Shown piece after piece: positions 13,631 to 27,239 of a stretch of DNA of 64,000 nt; positions within the stretch are counted from its first letter, which is position 1, and each line of letters opens with the position of its first letter. The position numbers and the translations under genes are program-made. The notes below the pieces were generated by a model, which did not search any database, had not been told where the DNA came from, and was given only the letters and a program-made list of their open reading frames with translations. Origin of the DNA: Thalia democratica (lineage: Eukaryota); NCBI GenBank assembly GCA_965202585.1, contig OZ241830.1, positions 54,312,001 to 54,376,000 of the forward strand, written 5' to 3'.

Positions 13631-14837
13631 CCCAATCATGTAAAAAAAAGTTTAATTATATAAAACTTGAAAAAAAGGAGTAAAATATTTGCCAAATAGA
13701 AGCGACTTTGGAAATGCAGCCGAAGCTTTTTTTTTAGTTTGTTAAATGTTAATAAAAATAATGTATTTTGTCTACAAATTATTTGCCTCTTTACACTTTA
13801 GTAAACGGATATAACTTGTTGTTAAAATAATTAGTAAGTCTATACACAATAAAAAAAAATGTTCTTTGCTTTTTATATAAAATATACAATGTTATGAAAG
13901 CAGGGGCATTCGGCAGTTAGGTAGAAAGCTTACGAATTTGAAATGCATCAAAACGTTTATTTAAGAGATGTAGTCCGGATTTTCATAAGTTTTAAGTCTG
14001 TATTTATTAGTTTATTCAACTGTATATTTGTATTCATTTTTATTGTTATTAGTTTTGTAGTAGTTATGCAGTGATCATTTATCATTTTGTTACATATATT
14101 ATGTGTTGTTTAGTTTGTAAACAAAAAAAAAGTTACGATTTGTCTATCGATTTAATCTACTATAACCAATACCCATATATATCACCATTTATCTAACCCG
14201 TAAGTACTAGTTTACGTTATACCATTAGAATTTCAAAATTAGAATTTACAGGGTTGAAAATAAAGGTTATGGAAATTTTTATACATCTGAAATGATAATA
14301 TACTTTCATATTTGTAGGAAGCGTTTTATTCTTTTAAATAAATGGTTATTTTAGATATACTTAGCTGTCAATTAATAAAAAAGAGACAATAGGGATGTGG
14401 GCAAAAGAATTTTTCTAAACTAAGTTTTTTTTTACACAATTAGATATTTCTTTTTACTTTTTACCGCTTGTTAAAATCCAATGTAACTTTTGAGATATAA
14501 GCGATCAAAGATAGAGCGTTCAATAGGTTTTTTATGGGCGGAAACTAAAAGAGTAAAACAGATTATTTCACTATAGATCTATGTCCTCCTTCAGTTTTTG
14601 AGCGATTGTTTTGAAACTTTTCAGAAGAATCTTTGAAACATATTAGACAACCTATAGAAAATAGACTGTTTAATTTTTAGATTATAAATACTTTTATTTT
14701 AAACTTAAATAACTTTTGTTTTTAATATAGATCTTAAATTTTTTATGGCTTTTTTTTTAATCCGCTTTACACAAGTAGCTTGTAATATTTGAAAGTACTT
14801 TTTCTGAAAACTTTAATTTAATTGCTTGAATGTGTTA

Positions 14838-15662
14838 GAATACTTGATTTGTTTTATTTTTAGTTTTTTATTATAAAAAGGAATTAATATATTTAAAAAA
14901 ATGTACTTAGCTCTCCAATTCAGCGGTCGTATTTTAAGCAGAGTTTCTAATTCATTTCTAATATTTTAAAAAAACGTTTAAAAATTTAAATTTGAAGAAA
15001 CTTTAGTTATTATTGATTAGCTCTAATTTAGACTTGCATAGTTAACTTACGAACATAGAAGAAAAAAACATGAATCACTCTTTAAAATCTCTTCATATTT
15101 TATATATTTAAAACTAATATACTGGTTTGTATTTACTCTGTTTTGAAATTTAAAACAATTTTCGAGATACAAGCGACAAAAAATAGACAGTTTTATAGGT
15201 TTTTAATTCAAGGCAAAAGCTGAAATGGCTAATTTATAGTGTTTAAATTAAAGCTGACAAAGCTTATGCAAGAAATATTCTTTCACGACTCCAGAAGCTG
15301 GCTGAAAGAGTATACCCTGAGTATTAATGTAGAATTAGGTCTAAACGATCTACCACAAAGTTTTATTCTCTGTATGTCAGATACAAGAGAAATGTGTTAA
15401 ACAGTACATGCCTTTCTAAAATTGTATATACCTTGGCTCAGATGTTGTGTCAAACGCATCATTGGGCACAGAATTAAATAGTCGCATTGGTAAGGCCACA
15501 GGCACACTCGCTTGTTTGTCTGCAAAGATTTGGGATAACCAAAACTTAAGAGTTCGCACAAAGGCTAACGTTAAATGTTCCTGTGTATCAGTACTCTGCT
15601 ATACGGTAGTGAAACACTGACGTTAACTAGCGTGCAAGAGAAAAAAATAATACCTTTTATCT
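14838..15662 (+). mobile_element. Second copy of the AT-rich/RTE composite
   Basis: Same RTE fragment with the same internal deletion as 10410-10790, truncated near 15660. Confidence 0.85.
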
Positions 15663-16229
15663 AATGATATAGTTGTAAATTGTACGTGTCAAAATTAAAA
15701 AAAGCATCTAATAATTTAGTTTTATTTCTTTTCTTTATTTTCAGTAGTTATGAAAAGTTTTTATCTAATAATGTAATTGCTACTGTTCATTATACATTTA
15801 CATGCATTAATTTAAAAACAGTTGCACTCTGTTTAACTTATTAGCTTTTTTATAAACTACGTAATACTTATTAATAAAAAAATTTTTTAAAGTTGTACTG
15901 ATGTTGTAGATATATTTAATAAAAACAAGTTGTGTACGACACGATAATCGAAAGATTCTTTTGTACACCAAGTCCTTAGACCAAACTTTTTGAGCGCTTT
16001 TTGTCATTCAATAAACAATATAAAGTATAAAAATATGTACATTATTACTATAGATTAAAATATAAATACTATATAAACATTTAACTATTTGTTGAATTTA
16101 TAACCAACTATAAACTTCTTAGAATCTTAAATAAAATTGATGTAAACGATGGATTTAAGCATAATTATCAATACCAATCTGTTTGTTTGACAATAGTTAT
16201 TCAAGCATGACTTTTAAATTTTTAACAAA

Positions 16230-19200
16230 CAAACGTTTGGAGACACTTCATATTTCTTACAACCCTGGTTTTATCAAAAGCCAAAAGTGAACCTGTTTAA
16301 GGTTATACTCACCAGATATTTTGTAGGTCCAGATCCAGAATTAAAAAACTAAAAAGGTCCTGTAAAACATTTTATTTTGTTACTTGTCAGCTCTACATAT
16401 AAAATAATTATACTATAAACATTATTAATGGATCTGTATAAGAGAAACAAATAAATAGTTAAAATAGATTAATTTTTGCACCTATAATAGTTTAGAATCA
16501 AAATTATACAGTTTTGTTGTCATCAAGCTTACACAAGATGTTTTTAAATTTTTAGTTATAGTATATATAAAATATATAAGTGTTTGTTAGTTTTGTTCAA
16601 AAAAATAGTTATTTATAACTATTAAAAAACTACTTTAGATTTTAATTTTTAAAGTGTTAGCTAGGGATTGTTATTTAAGCTGGAACTCTGAAAACCTTAG
16701 TTTGAAATTTCAGGCAAAAAAAAAAATTGAAAAACTTTGAATTTTTTATTTATAAATAAACTGGAATTTTAAACTAAAGCCAAAAAAAAAACTGGAAAAA
16801 CCTGAAATTTTGAACATTTTTACATGTTGAACAGTGAATTTTAAATGAGATAAAAAATACACAAAAGTAACTACTGTTTGTAAATCTACTTATTATAAAA
16901 TAAGTAAGCACTATAGTTTTATTGAGTGGCATTATTTCATTTTTTTAGCTGAAATTTAGTTTTTTACAAAAAGAAAACAAGTAAAGTTGCACTTTAATTT
17001 TGAACTTTTAAACTCTAATGGAAATTTAAGAATAAAAAAATTAATTAAACTGTTGTTTACCTTTCTGTTATGTTTGAATATTTTTACACAACAATATTGT
17101 TATATTAAAGCAGTAAGTTTTTTTTTTCAAGTGTTTTTGTTACCTATTTTCAATAAAAATTTATCATGTTTTTAATTTATGATCTATTAATATTTTATTA
17201 CCATCATATTTTCAAATTACACTGATATTTCACACTTTTCTAATTAGTTGTCAGTTTAAGTTACTCATTTATATTAAGTCTTTTAGAAATTTTTAAATGG
17301 TTGAAAAAATAAATCGCTTAAGTTTATTATTGCTGAAACTCATCCTAAATAAAACAGAAAGACGCTAAGTTAAAAACTTTACAATATAATGTCTTTAACC
17401 AATGAAATGATATAACATTTAAACTTAATGACAATATTGTAAAGAAACTTACCACAGAGAAGTGTTGTTGTGGTAAACAATATATTAGTAAATAAAATTA
17501 CTTGTTTAGTTTTTAGAAAATGTATAAAATAAGAACTGGAAAGTACAAAAAAAAAAAGAAAGCATAATACTAAAAACTTGTTTAAGAATTCTTTTGAATG
17601 TAAGCATTTAGAATATAATACTAGCTGTAAGTCAAAACAGCATTTAGTTGTTGTTTTTAACATTATTAATTATTTTGTTGTGTTTTGACTACGACCTACT
17701 TTTAAATAGGTATTTCTAACTGAATTTTTATACATCAATGACAAAAAAAGCTTTTTTTGGATCTAAATAAAACAATTGATCAATCATTGTTACACACAAA
17801 ATGTTTGATAGTTGGAACATTTATCAAGTTTTCAGGACTATTTTTAAGCTTTTCATTTCATATAAGAATACTTGACAGGTAAAGCTTATATTCTTTAAAA
17901 AATTATTTTAATTTCATCAATTTTAAAAACTTAGTCATGGTTTTGTTTATTTTCTAACAACCGTAGCCTAACATAATTTAATTTAGTTTATAGATTGAGG
18001 CAGAGGCGTAATTAGAATGATTTCCAAGAGCCTGTATTTCCCAAAAAAAATCTTAAAAATTCACTAAAAACGTGTTTCACCAAAAACTTTACATGTAGTA
18101 GTAGTATTGTTTGTGCTTGCATTATGAATTTTTAAACAATTATTTTGAAAATTACAGAATTAAAAATTGTGACAATAAATATAATGAATTTTAAATTAAA
18201 AAAAAACGTTTGCGGACATTTTATATTTCTTACAACCCTGGTTTTATCCCAAAAATGAACCCCTTTAACTCACCAATCACCATATACTTTGTACTTTCAA
18301 AAAAAAAAAAAAAAAATCTGTAAAATACTTTGTTTTGTATTTAGTCATCTTTACTTATAAATTAACTACAATTTAAACATTATTAACAGAACTATGTAGT
18401 AATAACACATAGATGGCTAAAAATGTCTAATTCTTACAATCATAATAGTTTAGAATCTAAATTCCAAACTATACTGTTTTCTTTAACATCAAGCTTACAC
18501 AAAATGTTTTGAAAATTTTGTCTGTAGTATAGAGAAAGTAAAAAAGCTTTTAACACTTTTGTTTAAACATGTATTATTTCAAACTTAGTTTTTCGAATAC
18601 TTTAGGTTTTAGGTGTTAATTAAAGATTGTAATCAAAGATGAAATCCTGAAAAACCTAAAACTTGAAATTTTAAAAATAAACTATGGAATAATTGGAATT
18701 TAGTATTATAAAAATCCGGATTTTGAACTAAAGCCAATAAAAATCCTGAAAACTTGAACAGTTTTACATGTTAGGTTTTGAACTTTAGGTGAGATAAAAA
18801 ATACGTAAAAAATTGTCTATTATCTTATACTTACTTGTTACAATACAAATTTTAAAGTAGCATTGTAGTACATTTTTAGTATTTATGTACTAAAAGAAAA
18901 AAAAAAAGATGAACTTTAATTTTGAACTTATAAAAGTTAAAATATCTCATTTAGCAACAAAATAAAGATTCAAGTAGCTGTGTGCAAATTTTAAGGGAAG
19001 TTAATTAACAATTTACCTTTTTATTGAAAATTTGTCCTGTTTGAACATTTTTGCACAATTATATGATTATATTAAAGCAGATGGTTTTATTTTTCTCTTA
19101 GTTTTCCAATATTTTTGTCATTTTATTTTCACTATAAACTGATCATGTTACTTCAAAATCTATTATATTTTATAACCAGTAAATTTTTAAATTGCACTAA

Positions 19201-19990
19201 TATTCTGCACTTTGCTCAATAAATGTAAATTTAACCAACTCTATTTATGTTTAGTGTTTTAAAAATGTTTAAATTGTTGAAAGTATAAAACCGTAAAATT
19301 TTATTATTGTTAGAACTTATCTTAAATTAAACCGAAGAGTTTGGAAAGTATACTTAAAGGTCAGACTGATATGCATATTTGCTGAGTCAGAAACCTTAAA
19401 ATATATACTTACCTTACCCAAACATATAAAAAAATAAACAAAAATAAAGCCTTAATAGAAGAAATTGAAATGGAATAAAGCTATTTTTTTACCCACTCAA
19501 CAAATATGCAAATCAGGCTGACCTTTAAGTATACTAGCCGAAAGACAATAAGTCAAAAATAAATAACTATAGGTTTATAGCAAAGTGTCTATAACCAATG
19601 AAATAATGTACGGTTTAATCTAAATTACAATATTGAACCAGTTAAAATTTACTGTAGTAGTGTAGTACTAAATACATTATATTAGTAAATAAAACTACTG
19701 GCGTAGTTTAAAGCAAATATATAAGATATGAACTGGGAAGTATAAAAACAAAGGTAAAATATAATACTGAAAGTGTGTTTAACAATCTTCTTAAAAGTAA
19801 ACATTTAGAATATAATACTATATATCTGTAAGTCAAAACATTTTAGTAGTTGTATTTTTTTCAAATTTTTATATACTTATTTTTTTGCTTGTAAACTTCG
19901 ACCTACTGTTGAAGGGTAGACCAACTAATTTATTTTATGTTAATGAGAAAAAAAAATGCTGTATTTAAACGACAAACTTATTATTAACTA
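16230..19990. repeat. Old diverged tandem duplication (~16230-17790 vs ~18205-19990)
   Basis: Colinear anchors tatttcttacaaccctggttttatc (16256/18224), ataatagtttagaatc, catcaagcttacaca, taaccaatgaaat and cgacctact. Confidence 0.8.
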
Positions 19991-20370
19991 AAAAATTTAT
20001 TCTGTTATTATAATTCATTAATAACTTTTTAGGGACTGTAGTACGAAACTTAAATAAAATGCATAAAGTTTTGGAATGAAAATGCCTGGCATAAGTATAT
20101 AGATGAAGTATATGCACTACTTTTGAACTAGAAACTACTAAGTACTAATTTTATTTAATTTTAATTGCTGAAGTTCAACTGCATTTGGCTACTTGTAATC
20201 ATTTCAAACAGTTATTGTTTATTTTAGTAATGAAACAATTTAAATATGGGTTAAATTAAGAAAGATTCCTGCATGTCTTTGGATGTGATATTTTATATTT
20301 ATACTGGATTTTAGTTTTAATTTTGTAAGTTTTGATTCTTTAAGTTTATTTAAGACGAGCCATGCTATTT

Positions 20371-21544
20371 CGGTAGGTGTCAAATGTGCACAAAAAGAAA
20401 GTTTTACACGAAGGGTCACTTTTGCACGAACAATCAATTTTACAAGAAGAATTAATTTTGCAAGAAGAATCACTTTTGCACGAAGACAATTTTGCACGGA
20501 TTAAACATTTATTTGATTTTTTATCATTATTTTATTTTACTATTATTATAATATTTTTTTTAATTTTTACTATCTCTGTTTTCCCTAACCCTTACCCATG
20601 TCACTTTATTTTTCTCCTTCCTAGTTTTCTAAAAAAATGTATATATATATTTATTTAATTATATAATAAAAACAGTTTTATTAAGCCTTTTAGTATATGC
20701 AATATTTCTATCTCATTTAATCCTCAGTAAAGCTTTAGTTAACTAAACATTTTTTTCAGAAAATTGTAATTTAAATTTTTATTATTATTTTAATGTAGTA
20801 ATAATTAAGGTTTTTGTGCAATAAGTTAAGTTTGAAAAATGCGCTAGTTTTAGTTTTGTTATAGGTTTATGAATTTGTGCATTTAAAAAAAGTTTTAGTT
20901 ATTGCTATTAAAATTGTTGTAAAGTATGAAAAGGAAAGGTTGCACAAATCTTATATCAATAAAAAGACTAAAATCAGCGTATTTTTTAAATTTAAGTTAC
21001 TGCACAAAAACTTTCATTATCACTAGGTCATAAAAAATTGTAAATTTCTGCAAAATATATTTAATGAATCAAATCTTTACTGAGGAGTATATGAGGTAGA
21101 AGTACCTTATTTACGAAACAGCTGTACAAAAACGTTGGTTTATTTTATAATTTAATTATGTGTTTGGCTCCAATTTGACTTGTCAAGCCTTATTGACCGA
21201 AACTTAGAACAAAAAGCTATAAATAAATGTTTATAAAAAAATTTATTTTATTTTAGTATCACTGTTACTCCTAACCCCTTAATCTTTATCGCAACGATAT
21301 AGTTTTTTTTGTTAATATATATTAATGAATTTTTAATAAACTCCAAAAAAAATTGTTTATATTATAGCTTTTTTTATTCTAGTGCAAAAATGATTACTTT
21401 TCGTGCAAAAGTGACCCTTTGTGGAAAATTGTCTTCAAGCAAAAGTATCCCTTTGTGTGATAGTTTCTTCGTACAAAATTGACCCTTTGTGCATATATGA
21501 TTCTTCGTACAAAAACATCTTAGTGCATATTTGACCCATCCTCT
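20371..21544. mobile_element. Foldback/MITE-like element with long TIRs built of ~18-bp subrepeats (gtcacttttgcacgaa)
   Basis: Subrepeats lie on + at 20385-20500 and on - at 21380-21540. The flanking 8-mer tgctattt occurs at 20363-20370 and 21545-21552. Confidence 0.8.
21074..21132 (+). ncRNA. Type I hammerhead ribozyme motif, catalytic core intact
   Basis: CTGAGGA; stem II gtatatgaggta-gaag-taccttatttac (11/12 pairs); GAAA; stem III palindrome ACAGCTGT; GTA triplet. Stem I is weak, with its first pair mismatched. Confidence 0.75.
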
Positions 21545-21986
21545 TGCTATTTTAGTACTATGACATTGGTGTAGTGACATTTCGATTTTTTTTCAAATTT
21601 TATGTAACTTTTTTTTTCACTTTTTTAAAAATACTTCAAATTAAATGCTAAAACCATTATTTTAAGGGTAACATGTCGTCTTTTGTAGATAATATAAAAT
21701 TTAAAGTTCTCAAATCGTCCTTAGGTCTGTCAATTATTTTTTGTTAGTTTATTGTCTTTATCTTCATATTATACATAAAAACAGTTATATTTCAAAAAAA
21801 TCTACAATTTTTTTTATACTGTTTATATTGTTTGGAGTACATTCAGATTTTTCTTCAGCAAACAAGTTAAATATTCTACTTAAATAAACTCCAAACAATA
21901 TGAGTTTAAAATAAAAAGTTTGTATACTTCTGTGAAATGTAATTGTTTTAATAAATAGTTATTATTAAATACTTATATATATACCT

Positions 21987-23650
21987 CAGATGTTCTTGTG
22001 TTAAAGTTAATATTTAAACTAACGGCGTTTCACTGCTCTCAAATAAATTTAAGAACAGATCTACGGAGTCTATAAAATATTAACACACATTAGAAAAAAA
22101 GCAGAAAAAGCATGTATAATTACGTATAGTGTTTATGTAGGTAGTAACTATAAATGAACTTTATTGTTTAAAAACAAAGTTTGGGATAAAAACATAAAAT
22201 TATAAAATTGTCTACAAAAAATACAAATTTAATAAAAGTAGGCACTAACCTCCAAAAGCTCTAAGAATAGGCAAGTTTTTAAAATGAAAATTAAACTGAG
22301 TTGTGCAGAAATGTTACGTCATAAATAAAACAAATTGGTCAATAATTTATACAGCTTAAAAACATGAAGTATTAGACTTGCAAGTGTTTGTGATTGTAAT
22401 GTGAATATTGTGAAATAAATTAGTACATAAGTAGACAGAGTTATTTAAAGTTGAACTGTCGGTTTTGGGACAAATATTCGATAAATATTGCCGCTTATTC
22501 AACAGTAGGTCTTTATCTTCTGCTGCAATTACTGCTCTTTCTGTATTGCAAGTTGGGCAAATTCTACTTACTCTGTTGGATGCATGTTTGATCTTTGAAA
22601 CAATACTCCACTCCATGTTTGGCCTTTTACCGTACCTGTGAAAAAAGCTCCAGACATAATCCGATAAACGCGTGCTTTGTTTTTTATTTATATTTTTAAA
22701 AGTATGTCTATGGTTAGCATATCTATCCTTGAAACTACCTGCTGTACTTCTGATATAAGTTTTATCTAGGCCCTTACTTTCAACTTTAACTTTATAAATT
22801 ACATTTTTAATTAAACAGTTACCTTTTAATGGGCAGTTATCTTTATTTATTTTACGGCAATTACATGTTTTAGGCATATTACTTAACCTATTACTATTAG
22901 GGTTAGAAGTTAGTTTCAAGGATAGATATGCTAACCATAAACATACTTTTAAAAATATAAAAAAAAACAAAGCACGCGTTTATCGGATTATGTCTGGAGG
23001 ATTTTTCACAAGTACGGTAAAAGACTAAACATGGAGTGGAGTGTTGTTTCAAAGATCAAACATGCATCCAACGGAGTAAGTAGAATTTGCCCAACTTGCA
23101 ATACAGAAAGAGCAGTAATTGCAGCCGAAGATAAAGACCTACTTCTGAATAAGCGGCAAGATTAATCGAATATTTGTCCCCACAACCGACGATTCTACTT
23201 AAAATAATTATGTCTACTTATGTACTAATTTATTATCACAAACACTTGCAAGTCTAATATTTCATGTTTTTAAGCTGTATAAATTATTGACCAATTTGTT
23301 ATATTTTTTATGACGTAACATTTCTGCACAACTCAGTTTAATTTTCATTTTAAAAACTTGCCTATTCTTAGAGCTTTTAGAGGTTAGTGCCTACTATTAT
23401 TAAATATCAATTTTTTGTAGACAATTTTATAATTTTATGTTTTTATCCCAACCTTTGTTTTTAAACAATAAAATTCATTTATAGTTACTACCTACATAAA
23501 CACTATACATAATTATACATGCTTTTTCTGCTTTTTTTCTAGTGTGTGTTAATATTTTATAGACTCCGTAGTCCGTAGATCTGTTTTAAATTTATTTGAG
23601 AGCGGTGAAACGCCGTTAGTTGAAATAAAGTTTTAACACAAGAACATCTG
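21987..23650. mobile_element. Penelope-like 3' end present as a head-to-head inverted pair (arms 21987-22737 minus and 22911-23650 plus)
   Basis: Minus ORF PKTCNCRKINKDNCPLKGNCLIKNVIYKVKV...TYIRST...RICPTCNTER is GIY-YIG-like. The right arm is the reverse complement of the left over ~740 bp. Confidence 0.92.
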
Positions 23651-24722
23651 TTGTATATATTCGGATAAGCTTACTTATCAAGATCTCCAGTATTTAACGC
23701 CTTTTAACGTAATATGTATATATAAGTGGTGGTTAACTGAACAAAAACAAAAAAATTGCTCAAAATTTTTTGGTTCAAAGACCAGTATACTCAAAAAGAC
23801 CTCTCGGCCAGGGAGTTGCATATATAGTCTTTTACAGTTAAAATTTAATAAAACAAATTAAATTGATTAAGAAAATGTTTTTTGTTTGTAAACTATTTTA
23901 TAATTATTTAATTCAACATAAATTAATTAAATGGTGTAAAATTCTATACTATAGTGTTTCTATAAGAATTTATATTATAAATTTTTAATTAACTATTCGT
24001 GACCAAAAAAATGGTAAATCCGAACAGCCAAATAAAAGTTGAAGTTGCTTTTAATTAAAACATTTAAATCAATAAAAGTTATACCTATCTAGTTACTTAA
24101 AAAATTACAATTTTTTTAGTGTTAAATGTCATCATTCATTCAAAAACTTCGAAAAAGTGTCTAAAATTTCAGATTTTAAGTTAATAAAAAAAAAAGTATA
24201 AAACTAATTAGGTATAAATTTTCTCTTATACAAAACTGTTTTATGTTTAGTTTGTACAGAAATCTAGTTTGTATTCTATATTTTTCTCATCTAAAAGTTT
24301 TTATTATTCAAATAGTACAAGAATAAATCTTGAAGAAAACATAGGCGAAAGTCAGCAGAGCAGAAGCCTGGACTTTCGTATGCCGTAAGACAAGCTCAAG
24401 TTTAACATAAGGGTTTATCATATCAATTTGATCATAGATCTTGTTTAAAAGTAAAAAAATAAATTATCCTAGTAACAAAGTTGCCAAACACTCAGGATAA
24501 ACCAAAATTTTTAAAAAAATTTAAAAATCTTAGGATAACTGAGGACCGCTCAGGAAAATTTAGGATGTTTTAACTCAGTGTATTTTTTTTTTTTGAAAAA
24601 CTTAGAATAGTTTATAATATTTTCTAATCTCATGACAGTTTTTATTGATTCTAGGTGAGATTTAGTTCTATATTTTTTTTGTTATTGTACTACCGTTTAA
24701 ACAATTAAGTAATTTAATTTCT

Positions 24723-24775
24723 TTGCAAATCTGTAGTTTCACAGTAGTAATACTACCAGTGATCATCAATTACAA
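24723..24775 (-). ncRNA. Degenerate hammerhead-like motif 3' of a PLE remnant
   Basis: Minus strand reads ttgtaa TTGATGA tc actggtagt-att-actactgt GAAAC taca GAT ttgcaa. Stem I (6 bp) and stem II are present; the core C and the cleavage triplet are mutated. Confidence 0.5.
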
Positions 24776-24989
24776 TAAACTTGTAAAACCACTATATATG
24801 GCTGTGTTTATACTAGAAATTAAAAAAAAAGTATGCGTCATAATTGTATTTAAGTAAAGTTAGTTAGTTTACGTTTGACTAATAAAGAGGTAAATAAAAG
24901 AAATTAGTGAACGACGTAATTAAAGTTTCATGATAAATCTTAATGTACAAAAGCTTTGACGAAAAATGCATTGTAAAATAACAAAATAA

Positions 24990-25560
24990 TTATTGGTACA
25001 AATACATGAAAATAAGCACATCAAATATTACAAACTATACAAAGCATTTTTGTTATGCTTCTTTCAGTTCTAAAGTAAGTATTTTGCTTGATGTATGCAG
25101 ATGTTCATGAGTTTGTTTGTTTTGTTGATATAGTTCATTTATTTTTCTCAAGAACTGTTAGGGCCTCTGTTATACCTAGCTTGCTGGTATCTCTGATTTG
25201 TCTGCTTTTTTGAATTTGCTTGATTATTTTCCATAGGACCTCATTTTCTTGGTTTCTTTCTTTTAATTTGTAGATTATTTTATATAGTGTAATTGAGTTG
25301 TTATACTTTTGATGGTTTTTTTTATCTGGGCCAATTTTAGATGTTGATTATTGCAATGTGATTCATTTTGTTTATTTCGTTTTCTGTTATTCATATATTA
25401 TTCATATATTATTCTTTAATGTTGTTGATAATATCTACTTTAGCTTCATGTATGATACTTTGTTTTCTACATTATTATATTTTTTGTTAAACCCTGCGTT
25501 TTTTTTTTTACATTTGTTCTTTTTCTACTATTGGCTTGATGATTTATGACATTTGATTAT
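24990..25560 (-). mobile_element. Highly decayed Penelope-like GIY-YIG remnant
   Basis: Minus-strand pieces IIHEAKVDIINNIKE..Y..ITENEI, YKLKERNQENEVLWKII, KLGITEALTVLE and ELMNICIHQAK resemble the C-terminus of the ORF at 34594-36003. Confidence 0.65.
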
Positions 25561-27194
25561 GTTTTTCGACGTTTATCATGCTGGAATAGCTTATCTTTAC
25601 ATTGTTTTAAATTATGAACTTGTTCATTTTGCTCTTTTAACCGAAATAATTTTTTTAAAATGAATAATTCATGACCAATCTTGTTGAAGAACTTAATTTT
25701 TGATAATTTTGAAAAGTCGAAAAATAAAATTATGAGGATTTGAAAAACTCAGAATGACTCTAAACAGTTTAAAATCACTCAGGACAATTTTTTGACTCAA
25801 TGAGTGAGAACCAAGTTGTAAAACAATTTTAGATGAAGTTAAGATAAGAAGATTCAACAATAGTATAGCAGGTTTGAAAGCAAAAGTAATTAAAAGTAAT
25901 TTTCAAAAGTTTTACTTGAATAAACATTGATAACTATATAATACTATTTTTATAACTACATCATTTTAATTTTGAATTATTTATAAAAATTAATAGCAAT
26001 CAAACGTTAAAAGACACTTACTTAATTTTTTAAAGTGTTTTGTTCAAAACTACTGTAAAAAAACACTTTATTATTGAACAAGTAAAGTATGTACTATCTC
26101 ACAAAACAAATTCATAGAAACACCCATGGTGGTCACTAATTAATTAAAAACACCCATTTTTTCAAAAAAAAAGAAACACAGTGTATAATAGCCAAAAAAC
26201 TTTGCTCTGACAAAAGATTAATTTCAACAAACTACGGATGTACTCTTTGTAATATTTCAAAACATGAGATTGCAAAAAAAAAGAACTTTTTGGTAGTTGT
26301 CAGAAAAATTAAGAATTTTATTTTAAAGTTTTTTTTAAGTTTTTGCAAACTTAATGAGTTTAGTAAGAAAAATGGTTGATTCAAAGGAATTAAAATGTTT
26401 TAAAATTTCAGTGTATATGTTTAGGTTTAGACATTTATTTAAATGTTTTTGTTCAGTGAAAGTAAAGTAGTTTATTTATGTGCTAGTAAAACATTTATTG
26501 AACAAAAATTGCTATGTTTTATTAAAAAAAAATCAATGACACCTATATATATATAATTACTTATTCAGTTATACAATACTTTAAAAAGATATTTTATTTA
26601 TAAGCATGGTTAGAATAATAGTTTAATTTATAAATTGAAACACTAACTACTTTTTGTCGTATTACTTTATCTCCATCCTAAAACATCCATCCAGGGGCGG
26701 GTCTGGATTTTTTAAGCTGGGTTGCACTGCATCTGCTTTTGAAATGTTAAGGTTTTTCTATAGTGACCTTTAAAAAAAACATGTTATAAATATAAGAGTC
26801 TTTTACCTATTATGATATTTGTTTCTTATAATTTAAGTTAAAAATCAATTATATATCAATTATTATCAAAAATTAGAAAAAAAGATTATAGTACACTTAC
26901 TGAAGCTGGTAAAACAGCCATTAGTTAATTTTTAGTTTTGTTTTAAGTTATTCAAATCTATTTCATAGTTTAATATATTGGTTTACAAAAAGTAGTTTTA
27001 CTTTTAGAGATCAAAGAGTCTAAGCCTAGGTAGACTATTTATGCAATTTGCAAGCCCAAATTAACATAAAATTTTACCATTTCTGGTTAAGTAGTTTTAG
27101 CTAAGAAATAAAGCTAATGTCACTGATCATAATAGCAAACGTAGCTTCGAGATAAACATTTGTAGACTTTAATGACTGCAAGTTTTTTGGTTGT

Positions 27195-27239
27195 GACTGA
27201 CTGACGAGTTTCAATAAGAACTAAACCTAGGTTTTTGTC
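27195..27239 (+). ncRNA. Hammerhead-like motif (GAAA mutated to TAAA) following a short PLE-like tail
   Basis: gactga CTGACGA GTTTC aataa GAAC TAAAC ctag GTT tttgtc, with stem III palindrome ACCTAGGT. Upstream ~27010-27065 reads IKES...ICKPKL, like a PLE C-terminus. Confidence 0.6.

Noticed and set aside
23590-23630. Possible hammerhead at the 3' end of the 22-kb PLE (ttgagagcggtgaaacgccgtt)
   Set aside because: No complete CTGANGA, no stem II and no stem I pairing.
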